Shown: piece after piece, positions 9,434 through 19,574 of the stretch
How positions within the stretch are numbered: position 1 is the stretch's first letter
Layout of the letters: every line of letters begins with the position of its first letter
NCBI GenBank assembly: GCA_039208735.1
Contig: JBCCQY010000010.1
Span: 34,039-98,038, forward strand
Length of the DNA stretch: 64,000 nucleotides
From: Myxococcota bacterium
GTDB lineage: Bacteria; Myxococcota_A; UBA796; GCA-2862545
Direction of reading: 5' to 3'
Position numbers and translations under genes: made by a program
Notes under the pieces: generated by a model
What the model was told of the DNA's origin: nothing
Seen by the model: only the letters and a program-made list of their open reading frames with translations
Databases searched by the model: none

Positions 9434-10843
9434 TCAGCGGCGGCGATTCGTCGGGCGTCGCTTCCGACGGTCTCCTCTCCGAGGGTCGCGCCCGCGGCGC
9501 GCAGTCCGGTCTTCCTCGACCCGCTTGATGCGGCCGGTACGAACTCGTTGAATCACTTCGACCGGGCCTGGTGCGAGGCGCAGCACGTCTCCGTTTCGCA
9601 TGCGCACCGCGCCGAAACCTTGATCCTCGGCCAGCGCCGCGTGGGCTTCCAACTTCGAAGGGGTCCCATGCACCGGGACAATGAACTTCGGCTGTACCCA
9701 CTCGTACAGTGCGCGCAGTTCGTCGCGCCGTGGATGTCCGCTCACATGGACGGCCGCGGTGTCACTCCGAACAATGTTGACCCCACGCTCATTGAGCAGC
9801 TTTTCAATGCGCGCAATGAAGAGTTCATTGCCCGGAATCGCCCGCGCGCTGAACACCACGGTGTCGTCAGGCTCAAAATAGGCATCACGATGCTGATCGG
9901 CGGCCAACCTCGACAGTCCTGCGCGTGGTTCACCCTGGGATCCGGTACAGAGCAACAACACCCGATCGCGTGGAATGAAGCCGAACTCTCGTAGCGAAAC
10001 GAACGGGGGTAGATCGGTGAGGTAACCCGCCCGTTGGGCAGCTTGGACGGTGCGCTGAAGCGAACGTCCCAACAACATGGGATGCCGATCTGCCTCAAGC
10101 GCGGCCTTCACGATGGTCCGAATTCGCGCGACGTTCGATGCAAACAGCGTAAACGCGACCCGATGTTCGCACCCTGCAAGGAGCCGCTGGATCGGAGCCT
10201 TCAGGCTTCCTTCGCTAGGCGTCCAACCCTCCTGGTCGGCATTGGTCGAGTCGCTCACACAGGCCACGACCTGCTCATCGGCGAGGCGCTGGAGCGCCCG
10301 CTGATCGCTCGTGCGGCCTTCGACCGGGTCTGGATCGAGCTTCCAATCTCCGGTGTGCAGCACCGCCCCTCGGCTCGTGCGAATGATCAAGGCGCCCATC
10401 TCGACCGTGGAGTGGGTGAGGGGGACCCGCTGCAACTCAAAGGGCCCCAACTTGATCTTCGCTCGCTCGTCGAGCAGTCGAATGGGCACTTCATCGGTAA
10501 GGTTGGCCTCGGCCAATGCAGATTGCAGCATCGCAGCACAGAAGCGGGTGGCAAACACCCGACAGCGCAACACCGGCCACAGGTCGACCACGGCTCCGAT
10601 GTGGTCTTGGTGCGCGTGGGTGAGGATGAGCCCTTCGAGCTGATGGCGCCGCGCAACGATGAAGGAGGGATCTGGGTAGACCGCGTGCATGTCGTGCGGG
10701 CCATCACGGCCGAACATGACCCCGCAATCCACCATGAGCCATCGGCCCGAGGTGTGGTACAGGTTCAGGTTCATCCCGATTTCCCCGGTTCCCCCAAGGG
10801 GTAGGAAGTGCAGGGCCGCGGGGTCGAGTGATTCGGGTTGCAA
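9434..10843 (-). CDS. rnj: Ribonuclease J (short form with Arg-rich tail)
   Basis: PLGGTGEIGMN, THAHQDHIG, HTGDWKLD, DSTNA, TGSQGEP, IPGNE, HVSGH, PVHG; TTG start after AGGAGG. Confidence 0.92.
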   Translation of the reverse strand: MQPESLDPAALHFLPLGGTGEIGMNLNLYHTSGRWLMVDCGVMFGRDGPHDMHAVYPDPSFIVARRHQLEGLILTHAHQDHIGAVVDLWPVLRCRVFATRFCAAMLQSALAEANLTDEVPIRLLDERAKIKLGPFELQRVPLTHSTVEMGALIIRTSRGAVLHTGDWKLDPDPVEGRTSDQRALQRLADEQVVACVSDSTNADQEGWTPSEGSLKAPIQRLLAGCEHRVAFTLFASNVARIRTIVKAALEADRHPMLLGRSLQRTVQAAQRAGYLTDLPPFVSLREFGFIPRDRVLLLCTGSQGEPRAGLSRLAADQHRDAYFEPDDTVVFSARAIPGNELFIARIEKLLNERGVNIVRSDTAAVHVSGHPRRDELRALYEWVQPKFIVPVHGTPSKLEAHAALAEDQGFGAVRMRNGDVLRLAPGPVEVIQRVRTGRIKRVEEDRTARRGRDPRRGDRRKRRPTNRRR

Positions 10844-10923
10844 GACCGCCTCCTAACGCTTGAACAAGACATCTGGCGGGACGGGGTGAATCAGTGGTAC
10901 GCCGTCGTCGCGGAGGAGTAGGC

Positions 10924-11421
10924 GTGACCGTTCGATCGATGGCAATTGGGCTCGCTGGCCTTGTGGCCTGCACCGGCGGAGACCCATGTGAGGAGACGGC
11001 TGGAATCAGCCCAAGTCTCGTCCTTGGTGAGGGGGAGGACGAGTTCGAACGTGAGCTAATGGAAGGCGACACGATGCTCGCCGAACGGGGCCCCCAAGGG
11101 GGCATCCACATCTGGCCGGCCGTGCAAACCACCGGGTTCGCACCGGGCACGCGAGGCGGACCGCTGCAAGCCGACCGCAATCCGCCCATCTTCACGGCTG
11201 CTCTCTACGACGGAGACGCCCTGCTCGAGAGCGTGTCGACCCAGCTCGCGATGCAAGGAGACGCGAGCTTGGCCGAACTGTCGTTGTTCCGTCTGCCGTT
11301 GAGCTACGCCCCCGAAGAAGTCTACTACCAGGCCGTGCCCTTCCGGCTCGAGGTCTCGGGCATCGACGTCTGCGGTACGACCGTCTCGGCCGAGCGAAAC
11401 ATCAACATCCAGTTTCAGTGA
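10924..11421 (+). CDS. Hypothetical lipoprotein
   Basis: GTG after GGAGGAG; lipobox LVAC; GPQGGIHIW motif. Confidence 0.7.
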   Translation: MTVRSMAIGLAGLVACTGGDPCEETAGISPSLVLGEGEDEFERELMEGDTMLAERGPQGGIHIWPAVQTTGFAPGTRGGPLQADRNPPIFTAALYDGDALLESVSTQLAMQGDASLAELSLFRLPLSYAPEEVYYQAVPFRLEVSGIDVCGTTVSAERNINIQFQ

Positions 11422-11423
11422 AG

Positions 11424-11756
11424 TCAGCCTCCGGGCTCGATCTCGTACTGGCACTGCCAACACACCGCAAACCCGGGTTCCCAAGTGGCTCCACAGTTTG
11501 GGCACGTCTTGGGCCCCGTACTGGGTGCCTGCGCGGCCGCGACCTCTTCCAAAGCGGCGAGGGTCTGACGGGCCAACTCGGCCTGATGATCAGGAACAAG
11601 CACCCGAACGGGTAAGATGTGCGCCCCCGCTCCCACCGAAGCGGCCAAGTCGGGCGACGTGACCACCACCTGGATTCCCCGATCCTTCAGCACAGACGCC
11701 TTAATTTGCGCTTCTGCGGTGTAGGAACTCCGGAACACCTCGACCAGATCTGCCAC
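11424..11756 (-). CDS. DUF2007-like putative signal-transducing protein with C-terminal zinc ribbon
   Basis: EAQIKASVLKDRGI...VRVLVP..QAELARQTL, then CPNCG...CWQC; GTG after GAGGTG. Confidence 0.75.
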   Translation of the reverse strand: MADLVEVFRSSYTAEAQIKASVLKDRGIQVVVTSPDLAASVGAGAHILPVRVLVPDHQAELARQTLAALEEVAAAQAPSTGPKTCPNCGATWEPGFAVCWQCQYEIEPGG

Positions 11757-12028
11757 GTCACACCTCTGCGGAGGGCTACCGTTTCTACGACCCGTGGTCC
11801 AGGGGACACCCGCGCCCCACCCGGTCCGAGACCAATTTGCCGCACCTGATGCCGGTCCCGTTCCACGAGTAGGCTCTCTAGCGTGTTGTCGAGGGCCGAT
11901 CCGCTCGGACCGGTCCTTGCAAGCTGAACACCGACTCGTGTGCGAGACCTTCACACGACAGATCAGGTTTTCTCTCGTCTTTTACGGAAGAAGCCTCGGT
12001 ATGCCACCGGTTTCAGGAGCACGGCTAC

Positions 12029-13576
12029 ATGGTGTCGATCCCTCTCCTCCTCTTTGGGTGCGGCGGCGGCGAAGACCCTGCCCCAACCACCGAACAGGCC
12101 GCCCCATGGGCCACTCGGCGGCTCACGCGCGAGCAACTGCAGTTCACCCTGCTCGACACTCTCGGGGTCGACATTACCCCCCGATTGAGCTGGCTTCCGC
12201 AGGAGGTTCGCGCCGAGGGGTTCACCAATACCGACATCGCCCTTGTGGCCACGGCCGACCACATCGAAGGCTGGTCACAGCTCGCACCGTGGGTCGCCGA
12301 GCAATGGGATGTCGAAGGATGGCGCGCGAACCAGCCCGCCTGTGATGACCCCTCCGCCGCCTGTGTCAATGCGCTGACCGAAGCCCTGTTGACCCCCTTG
12401 CTACGTCGAACGGCGACGACCGAGGATGTGGAGCGACTGGGACCGCTGTGGACGGTGGCCGCAGACGAGGACCTCGGGGTGGCAGGAGGGCTGCAGCTCA
12501 TCCTCGAAGCAACCCTTCAAAGTACAGGATTTATCTACCACATCGAGGAAGAAGAGTTCAGCAACGGGGTACGGGAGGTCACCGGCACCGCACTTGCGAA
12601 TCGGCTGGCCTACTTCGTGTGGCAGTCGGCTCCCGACGAAGCGCTTCGTCGTGCGGCGTTGGCCGGCGAACTCGATTCGGTCGAGGGTCGCCTCTCGGCC
12701 GTTGATCGCATGCTTGCGGATGAAACCAAGGCTCGCCGCGCAACCGATCGCTTCGCCAGAGACTGGCTGGCCCTCGATGGCCTGCTCGGCTTGCAACGCA
12801 ACGACGCCGATGCCGACGTCACTCGTGCCATGCATGAAGCCGCGGTGCGGAGCTGGCATCACCACTTGTGGACGCGAGACGCGTCGGTCTACGAGGTGCT
12901 CGATGCCACCGAAGTGGTGCTCGATGCACGGTTGGCGCCCTGGTACGACGTCCCGCCACCCGATGACTGGAGCGTGATCGATGCAGGCTCCTTGTCATTG
13001 CCCCGAAGCGGCGTCCTCACGTGGCCGGGCGTGCTGACCTCCACCGCGGACTCCGACGTTGGCGGCATTGTCGCGCGAGGGCTGTTCATCCGGGAGCACC
13101 TGTTCTGCGACACCGCCCTGCATCCCCCTGAAGAGCTGAACCTCTCGGAGTTTCGCACGCACCTCGCTGCGGATGCCACGGAGCGCGACTACAGCGAGGA
13201 CCGGCTCGCACGGGCGGACTGTGCAGGCTGTCACGCACAATTCGACCCCCTCGCCTATGGACTGGTGCCGTTCGATGGGGTGGGTCGCTTCGACGCCACG
13301 GTCCGAGGCGACGGTTGGGTGCCCGACGCCCAAGGCCCCCTCGACTACGAAGATGCCGAGGGCTTGGGCGCGATCCTGGCCACCTCGTCACGGGCCCGGG
13401 AATGCCTCACTCGAAAGCACCTTCAGATGGCGTTGGGCCGCCCTCTCGAGGCCGAAGATCAGGTCACCGTCGACGCTGTCCATCGTGCGGCAGAGGCGGC
13501 CGGCGGAGCCTGGCCCGACCTCGTACGCGCCATCGTGGCGCACCCGATGTTTGTCACTGTCGCGGAGGAGCTGTGA
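12029..13576 (+). CDS. DUF1592/DUF1588/DUF1595/DUF1585-family lipoprotein with CxxCH motif
   Basis: Lipobox LFGC; RRLTREQ, LANRLAYFVWQSAPDEAL, RGLFIREHLFC, CAGCHAQFDPLAYG. Confidence 0.85.
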   Translation: MVSIPLLLFGCGGGEDPAPTTEQAAPWATRRLTREQLQFTLLDTLGVDITPRLSWLPQEVRAEGFTNTDIALVATADHIEGWSQLAPWVAEQWDVEGWRANQPACDDPSAACVNALTEALLTPLLRRTATTEDVERLGPLWTVAADEDLGVAGGLQLILEATLQSTGFIYHIEEEEFSNGVREVTGTALANRLAYFVWQSAPDEALRRAALAGELDSVEGRLSAVDRMLADETKARRATDRFARDWLALDGLLGLQRNDADADVTRAMHEAAVRSWHHHLWTRDASVYEVLDATEVVLDARLAPWYDVPPPDDWSVIDAGSLSLPRSGVLTWPGVLTSTADSDVGGIVARGLFIREHLFCDTALHPPEELNLSEFRTHLAADATERDYSEDRLARADCAGCHAQFDPLAYGLVPFDGVGRFDATVRGDGWVPDAQGPLDYEDAEGLGAILATSSRARECLTRKHLQMALGRPLEAEDQVTVDAVHRAAEAAGGAWPDLVRAIVAHPMFVTVAEEL

Positions 13577-14919
13577 GCGTCGACCGTCGAACCGTGTTGC
13601 GCGGCTTGGGGAGCGTGGCCATCGGCCTGCCCTTCATCGAAGGCCTCACGTCAGGCCGCGCCCGTGCCGCTACGGGTGAGCCGCCAGTGCGCTGCATCAC
13701 CCTGTTCTTTGGCCTAGGAATCCCCAAGGACATGCAGGCCGAAGGTTGGGACGGCCCGCTTGGCCCGCTGCGTCGCCATCGGTCGAAGCTGCGCATGTTC
13801 CGCAATGTCCAGGTGCCCGAAGCGGGCGGAGGCGGACACCCCAAGGGCGGCACCTGCGTGTTTGTCGGCGAAGGAGGCCCCAACGGGGAACGGTCGGCCG
13901 GCGCAAGCATCGAGCAGATCGTCAAGAAGGCCGTGTACCCAGACGGCGTGCCGGTCGCTCATGGCACCTTGGCCGTTGGCCAGTTCTTCCGTCGCTCCCA
14001 CGGCACGTATCAGCGGATTCGCTGCTGGAACGACGATGGCAGTCGAGTGGTGGAGCCCATCGAAGCTCCGTCAGACCTCTTCGAGCGACTGTTCGGAAAG
14101 GAGACCGCTTCGGACGATCCAGCGGCCCAGCGTACCCTTCGCCTACGGCGGAGCGTGCTCGACTCGGTACTCGACGACTACCGCCACTACACCCAAGACC
14201 GCGCCGGACTGTCGGGCACCTCTCGAGCCCGGCTTCAGGATCACCTCGATCGGTTGCGCGAACTCGAACGACGGGTGTTTGGCGTGGAGGGCCCTGAATG
14301 CGAGCGGCCCCCCTTGCGCACCGACCCCGACCTCCCCTACGGCCTCGCGGGGGCGACCGAATACAACGCGGTGCTCGTCGATGCCCAAGCCTTTTCCGAC
14401 GCCTACCAGTTGAACGCGTCGTTGTTCGCACTGGCCTTGCAGTGCGACCTCATGCGCTTTGGCAACCTCATGTTCGAATCGTCAGGGGGACATACGGCGT
14501 TCGACGGCGAGTACGTCCACGACGAAGGGACCTACACCTTCCGGTCCGAAGCGTCCGACCACAACAACTGGCACGAATCCCGTTGGGAAGACGTGCGATG
14601 GCATGCCCATTGGTTCCAGCACAACATCGCGATGGCGCTAGACCGCCTCGATGACCCTGCATTCCCCGATGCCAATGGGGGCACCGTCCTTGACAACGCG
14701 CTCGTCGTTCTGGGCACCGAGACCGGGACCAACCACGACATGGACGGTGTCTTCCACGCAGTCGGCGGTGGGAATGGGCGGTTCGCCTTGGGCGAATTCG
14801 ACGATGACGAAGTCCGAGGCGTCGAAATCTACAACACGTGCCTACAAGCCTACGGAATCGACACGTTCATGGGCAGTGCAGACCACTACCGCAATCCAGT
14901 GAGCAATCTGTTGACATAG
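13573..14919 (+). CDS. DUF1552-family Tat-exported protein
   Basis: VDRRTVLRGLG..IGLPFIE Tat signal; SVLDSV, RLQDHLDRLRELE, ALQCDLMR, GGTVLDN; GTGA overlap. Confidence 0.85.
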   Translation: MSVDRRTVLRGLGSVAIGLPFIEGLTSGRARAATGEPPVRCITLFFGLGIPKDMQAEGWDGPLGPLRRHRSKLRMFRNVQVPEAGGGGHPKGGTCVFVGEGGPNGERSAGASIEQIVKKAVYPDGVPVAHGTLAVGQFFRRSHGTYQRIRCWNDDGSRVVEPIEAPSDLFERLFGKETASDDPAAQRTLRLRRSVLDSVLDDYRHYTQDRAGLSGTSRARLQDHLDRLRELERRVFGVEGPECERPPLRTDPDLPYGLAGATEYNAVLVDAQAFSDAYQLNASLFALALQCDLMRFGNLMFESSGGHTAFDGEYVHDEGTYTFRSEASDHNNWHESRWEDVRWHAHWFQHNIAMALDRLDDPAFPDANGGTVLDNALVVLGTETGTNHDMDGVFHAVGGGNGRFALGEFDDDEVRGVEIYNTCLQAYGIDTFMGSADHYRNPVSNLLT

Positions 14920-14976
14920 GACCCGGGGAAGGCCAGGGGCGGTGTCTAAATCGTCCTAGCCGACCTCGGAGGCCAC

Positions 14977-15777
14977 ATGGTCCCCCTTGCCCTATGTTCG
15001 CTGTCCGCTTGGGCCGAGCCCGAACCACAACCCGCGAGTGAACCTGAGTCCGCGAGTGAGTCCCCCCGCACCATCGAACTCGACATCCCCGAGGACGTCG
15101 GGGGGAGCGCGCTCGAGGGGCTTGACGAAGATGCACGCGACGAAGCGAGCGGGGGCTTTCCCTTGCCCCTCCAGCTTCCTCAAGTGCCCATTCGAGGGCG
15201 ATTCACCGCACGCCCTATGATTCAGGCGGCGCTGCTCACAGGCCGCGAGGACCGCACCTTCTGGGGCAGCCGCGTCGGCGTTGCGGTGAGCCATCGGTAT
15301 TGGCGCCTGTCTGATGCAACCGTGCAATGGGGCGGTCACACCGAGCTGCAGGCGCTGTTTCCGATTGGGGGCTTTGATGGTCGAAGGGTCCAGCTTTCCT
15401 CGACCTTCGGCCCTTGGATAGGCCCTGTGGGACTTGCGTTAGGCGCCGTCGTACGCTCGGACCGGGTGCAGTGGCGCAACGCCGATGCCCTCCTGCCCGA
15501 CACCCTGGCCCTCGGGGGCCGCGCCGACCTCTCGGTGCAGCTCGGTGAATGGAGAGCGACGGCCGGCTTCGAAAGCGCCTGGCTCGTCGCGGGAAACCGG
15601 CCTCCCGCGGATCCCGACCGCGCCACATTGCCCGTGGTGGGTGACGAAACCGCTTATCGACTCGGCGTCGGTCGCCAGGGCAATCGGATTTTCGTTGGAC
15701 TTCGGGGTCTGTGGCGGGAGACCGCGATCGGCGCCGAGGTCGATGTCGGCCTTCAATTCGGCCTGAGGTCGCTGTGA
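14977..15777 (+). CDS. Hypothetical exported protein, probable outer-membrane beta-barrel
   Basis: Signal-like N-terminus; alternating amphipathic strands; ends VDVGLQFGLRSL. Confidence 0.55.
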   Translation: MVPLALCSLSAWAEPEPQPASEPESASESPRTIELDIPEDVGGSALEGLDEDARDEASGGFPLPLQLPQVPIRGRFTARPMIQAALLTGREDRTFWGSRVGVAVSHRYWRLSDATVQWGGHTELQALFPIGGFDGRRVQLSSTFGPWIGPVGLALGAVVRSDRVQWRNADALLPDTLALGGRADLSVQLGEWRATAGFESAWLVAGNRPPADPDRATLPVVGDETAYRLGVGRQGNRIFVGLRGLWRETAIGAEVDVGLQFGLRSL

Positions 15778-16685
15778 TGATGGGAGGTGTGATGGTCGTT
15801 GCATGGTGGGTGGGCACGGCCCTCGCGGCTGCCCCCGAGGGCGTAGACATCGAAGCGGTGGAGGTCTGGCAGGGCCGCGCGGCCGACCTGCGTAAGGGCC
15901 CCAAGGCCTGTTGGCGCCTCTCTGGCAAAGCCGAGACGCATGTGGCCGTGTTCCGGCCGCCGACCGTGTTCGGGCGAGCCAGTCAGACGGACTACGTCTT
16001 TGAGGGGACCTTTTCAGGCACCTTCGAAGACGGAAACTGGACCGCGTTCACCGCCGACATGAAGCCCACGTCGAAGGCCGCTCAGAACTCAGAGGAAGAG
16101 GACGTGGGGATCGACTGGGACGTGCCGGTTCGACCCCTTGTAGGCCGGGCACCGGAGGATGCATCCTCGCAACGGCGCCGGGGCGACGACACGAGCCAGG
16201 ATGATGAAGCGGCAAGTGCGTCAGGCACGCGCGAGGCCATCACCATGCTCGACACCATTCTCGATGCCGTCGACGCGGACGTCACGACCACCTATGCCCA
16301 ATGGTCGGACGAACCTCCAGGGGTCGAATTGTTCGAGGAGTACCCCATCAAGGATGGCTCAGGACGCAAAACCGTCGACTTGCGGACGTTCTTTCCCAAC
16401 GGCGACGCGGTGCCTGCCTCGCTCGATGTGACCTTCCCCAAGCGGCATCGGATCAAGGCCTCACCCGTCCGCATCACGCTGTTGCGTCCCCAATTGCACA
16501 TCCGGACCCAGAACATCGACGGTGAAGCCGTCCCGATCTACGAATCGGTGTCGTTGGCGGGCGGAGCGCTTGGCTTTACCGTCGGTTTCGAACAGGTCTT
16601 GCAGTACGAACGCGCCACCGCCTGCGAAGCCCCGGCTCCCGAGGTCGAAAGCGAGTCCGACACGCCGTCGCAACCTGAGCCCTGA
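15777..16685 (+). CDS. Hypothetical secreted protein
   Basis: TGATG overlap; signal peptide ...VGTALA|AAP. Confidence 0.65.
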   Translation: MMGGVMVVAWWVGTALAAAPEGVDIEAVEVWQGRAADLRKGPKACWRLSGKAETHVAVFRPPTVFGRASQTDYVFEGTFSGTFEDGNWTAFTADMKPTSKAAQNSEEEDVGIDWDVPVRPLVGRAPEDASSQRRRGDDTSQDDEAASASGTREAITMLDTILDAVDADVTTTYAQWSDEPPGVELFEEYPIKDGSGRKTVDLRTFFPNGDAVPASLDVTFPKRHRIKASPVRITLLRPQLHIRTQNIDGEAVPIYESVSLAGGALGFTVGFEQVLQYERATACEAPAPEVESESDTPSQPEP

Positions 16686-16731
16686 CGTGCGCGCGAGGCG
16701 GGTTACGGCGTTCCTTCCCCCGGAGGACGCC

Positions 16732-17979
16732 ATGGAGCCGCTTGCCTCTCATGATCCAGAGGTTTTTTCGGCGATCGAGAAGGAGTTCGCTCGCCAGCAG
16801 GACGAACTCGAACTCATCGCTTCGGAGAACTACGCCTCCCTCGCCGTCATGCAGGCCATGGGCACCGTACTCACCAACAAGTACGCCGAAGGGCTTCCTG
16901 GAAAGCGGTACTATGGCGGTTGCGAGTACGTCGATATCGTCGAAAACGTGGCACGCAGCCGGGCCAAGCAGCTGTTTGGGTCGGTGGGCGCGAACGTCCA
17001 GCCCCACTCGGGAGCCCAGGCCAACGCAGCGGTCTACCTGGCGGCCCTCGAACCTGGCGACACCATCTTGGGCCTCAACCTGACCCACGGCGGGCACCTC
17101 ACGCATGGGTCTCCCGTCAACAGTTCGGGCCTCATCTACAAGGGCGTGCACTACGGCGTCGACGAGGCCACGGGACGCCTCGACCTCGACCAGGTGCGAG
17201 ATCTCGCCAAACAGCACCAGCCGCGCATCCTGATGACGGGCGCGTCGGCCTACCCTCGGTTCATTGACTTCGAAGCCTTCCGGTCCATCGCCGATGAGGT
17301 CGGTGCACTGCTCGTGGCCGATATCGCCCATATTGCGGGCATCGTGGCCGCAAAGCTGCACCCTGACCCCGTGCCTTACTGCGACTTCGTCACGACGACG
17401 ACGCACAAGACCCTTCGAGGACCTCGGGGTGGGCTCATTCTCTCCAACCGGGAATGGGCTCCCAAGATGAACAAGGCCGTGTTCCCCGGCACCCAGGGCG
17501 GACCGCTCATGCATGTGATCGCCGCCAAGGCGGTGGCTTTCGGTGAAGCCCTCAAGCCGGAATTCAACGACTACATCCAGCAGGTGCTCGACAATGCAAA
17601 AGCCATGGCCGAAACGCTGCTGGCGCGAGGCCTGAACCTGGTCACCGGGGGCACCGACAACCACCTCATCCTCATCGACCTCGGCGAGACGTGCAGCGGC
17701 AAAGACGCCGAAGAGGCGTTGGGGCGTGCAGCCATCACGGTCAATAAGAACACCGTCCCCGGTGAGAAGCGCAGCCCCTTCGTGACGAGTGGGGTTCGCA
17801 TTGGCGTCCCTGCCATCACGACCCGGGGCATGGGAACGGCCGAGATGACCCAAGTGGCGGAGTGGATTGCGGACGTCGTGCAGAACACGGAAGACACCGA
17901 AGGGCAGGCCCGCATTCGCGGTCAGGTCAACGAACTGTGTGGGCGCTTCCCCGTCTACCCGACAGACCTGCTCGCCTGA
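16732..17979 (+). CDS. glyA: Serine hydroxymethyltransferase
   Basis: [64 protein letters not shown] after GGAGGA. Confidence 0.98.
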   Translation: MEPLASHDPEVFSAIEKEFARQQDELELIASENYASLAVMQAMGTVLTNKYAEGLPGKRYYGGCEYVDIVENVARSRAKQLFGSVGANVQPHSGAQANAAVYLAALEPGDTILGLNLTHGGHLTHGSPVNSSGLIYKGVHYGVDEATGRLDLDQVRDLAKQHQPRILMTGASAYPRFIDFEAFRSIADEVGALLVADIAHIAGIVAAKLHPDPVPYCDFVTTTTHKTLRGPRGGLILSNREWAPKMNKAVFPGTQGGPLMHVIAAKAVAFGEALKPEFNDYIQQVLDNAKAMAETLLARGLNLVTGGTDNHLILIDLGETCSGKDAEEALGRAAITVNKNTVPGEKRSPFVTSGVRIGVPAITTRGMGTAEMTQVAEWIADVVQNTEDTEGQARIRGQVNELCGRFPVYPTDLLA

Positions 17980-18431
17980 TGCGCTGTCCGGCCTGCCAAC
18001 ACGACGAAAGTCGCGTGATCGACTCCCGAACCATCCGTGATGCGATTCGGCGCCGGCGCAGCTGCCAAGCGTGTGGCCATCGGTTCTCGACCCTCGAACG
18101 GGTGGAACTGAAGCTCCCCTGGATCGTGAAAAAGCAGGGGGGACGAGAGCCCTTCCAGCGTGACAAGGTGCTTCACGGCATCGCTTTGGCGTGTCGCAAG
18201 CGGCCCGTCGATGCCGAACAGCTCGATGAGGCGGTCCGACAGGTCGAACAGCGCTTGATTGGACTGCGCAAGAACGAGGTGAGCGCCGAAGCGGTCGGAC
18301 GCATTGTGATGGACGTGCTGCGCGAGGTCGACGAGGTGGCCTACGTCCGGTTTGCCAGCGTCTACCAAGAGTTCGAAAGCGTCGAGAAGTTCGCGGAGAT
18401 CGTGCTGCCGTTCGAGAAAACCTCGTCATGA
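17979..18431 (+). CDS. nrdR: Transcriptional repressor NrdR
   Basis: MRCPACQ...VIDSR...IRRRRSCQACGHRFSTLE, ATP cone, DEVAYVRFASVY. Confidence 0.97.
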   Translation: MRCPACQHDESRVIDSRTIRDAIRRRRSCQACGHRFSTLERVELKLPWIVKKQGGREPFQRDKVLHGIALACRKRPVDAEQLDEAVRQVEQRLIGLRKNEVSAEAVGRIVMDVLREVDEVAYVRFASVYQEFESVEKFAEIVLPFEKTSS

Positions 18432-19564
18432 CCGATGACCAGCGCTTCATGCGGCGAGCGCTGGAACTCGCCTCCATTGCCACGGGCACCACGGCTCCCA
18501 ATCCCCCGGTCGGCGCGGTCATCGTCCGCGACGGACAGATCATCGGCGAGGGCTACACCCAACCGATCGGGGGCCCTCACGCCGAGGTACGAGCCCTCGC
18601 CAATGTTTTGGATCGAGGAGACGATCCGGCAGGCGCCACGATGTATGTGACGCTCGAGCCCTGTTGCCATTTCGGGCGCACCCCACCCTGTTCGCAAGCG
18701 CTCATCCGCGCGGGCATCGGCCGCGTTGTGATAGGCGTGCTCGACCCGTACGAGAAAGTGCAGGGCCGATCCGTCGAAGAACTCCGCACGGCCGGGATCG
18801 ATGTCGATCTGGGGGTCGGTGCAGAGCCCAGTGCGCGGACCATTCTTGGCTTTGCTCGCGCCCATCGGCTTGGGCTGCCTGAAGTCACTGCCAAGGCTGC
18901 GATTTCGCTGGATGGTCACATTGCAACCGCCGCTGGCGAGAGCCAATGGATCACCGGAGAGGCTGCCCGGGCCGATGGACATGAACTCCGGGCTCGCCAC
19001 GACGCCCTGCTCGTGGGCATCGGCACCGTCCTCGCGGATGACCCCCGCCTCACCCTGCGGCTACCCGACGGTGAGAACTTGGTGCCACCCACGCCAGTGG
19101 TCCTCGATACCGAACTCCGGATTCCCGCAGACGCCCGGCTGCTTCGCAACGAAGAGGCCATCGTCATCTGTGCCGAGGACGCCCCGCAGCGCGACCTGCC
19201 CGGCCGCATCGTGCGAGTGCAGCGTGGAGACTCTGGGCACGTCGACGTCGTGGCTGCGCTCAAGGCGCTCGTCCGACAGGGCCGTCACCGCATCCTCGTG
19301 GAAGGGGGCGGCATTATCCATCGGGCGTTCTTCGATGCAGGCGTGGTCGACACGTTGCAGATCTATGTGGCGGGACGGTTGGTGGTCGGGGGGAGACCTT
19401 GGATGGCGGGGCCCCCGCTTGAGGGGCTGGTGAACGCGCCACGGCTGCGCCTGCGAGACGTCCAACGCCTAGGTCCCGACCTTCGCCTCACCTACGCGGT
19501 GCCCAACCGCCACGATCCCGACGGCATCACACGACTCGTCAGTCAGGTGCCGGGGCCGCGTTAA
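18428..19564 (+). CDS. ribD: Riboflavin biosynthesis deaminase/reductase
   Basis: PNPPVGAV, HAEV, YVTLEPCCHFGRTPPC, SLDG..A...SQWIT, VEGGG. Confidence 0.96.
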   Translation: MTDDQRFMRRALELASIATGTTAPNPPVGAVIVRDGQIIGEGYTQPIGGPHAEVRALANVLDRGDDPAGATMYVTLEPCCHFGRTPPCSQALIRAGIGRVVIGVLDPYEKVQGRSVEELRTAGIDVDLGVGAEPSARTILGFARAHRLGLPEVTAKAAISLDGHIATAAGESQWITGEAARADGHELRARHDALLVGIGTVLADDPRLTLRLPDGENLVPPTPVVLDTELRIPADARLLRNEEAIVICAEDAPQRDLPGRIVRVQRGDSGHVDVVAALKALVRQGRHRILVEGGGIIHRAFFDAGVVDTLQIYVAGRLVVGGRPWMAGPPLEGLVNAPRLRLRDVQRLGPDLRLTYAVPNRHDPDGITRLVSQVPGPR

Positions 19565-19574
19565 CCAAAGCCCC

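Noticed and set aside
11821..11913. 10-bp inverted repeat CCGGTCCGAG / CTCGGACCGG in a ~270 nt intergenic region
   Set aside because: GC-rich and not extendable, with no recognisable RNA family inside. Plausible by chance.
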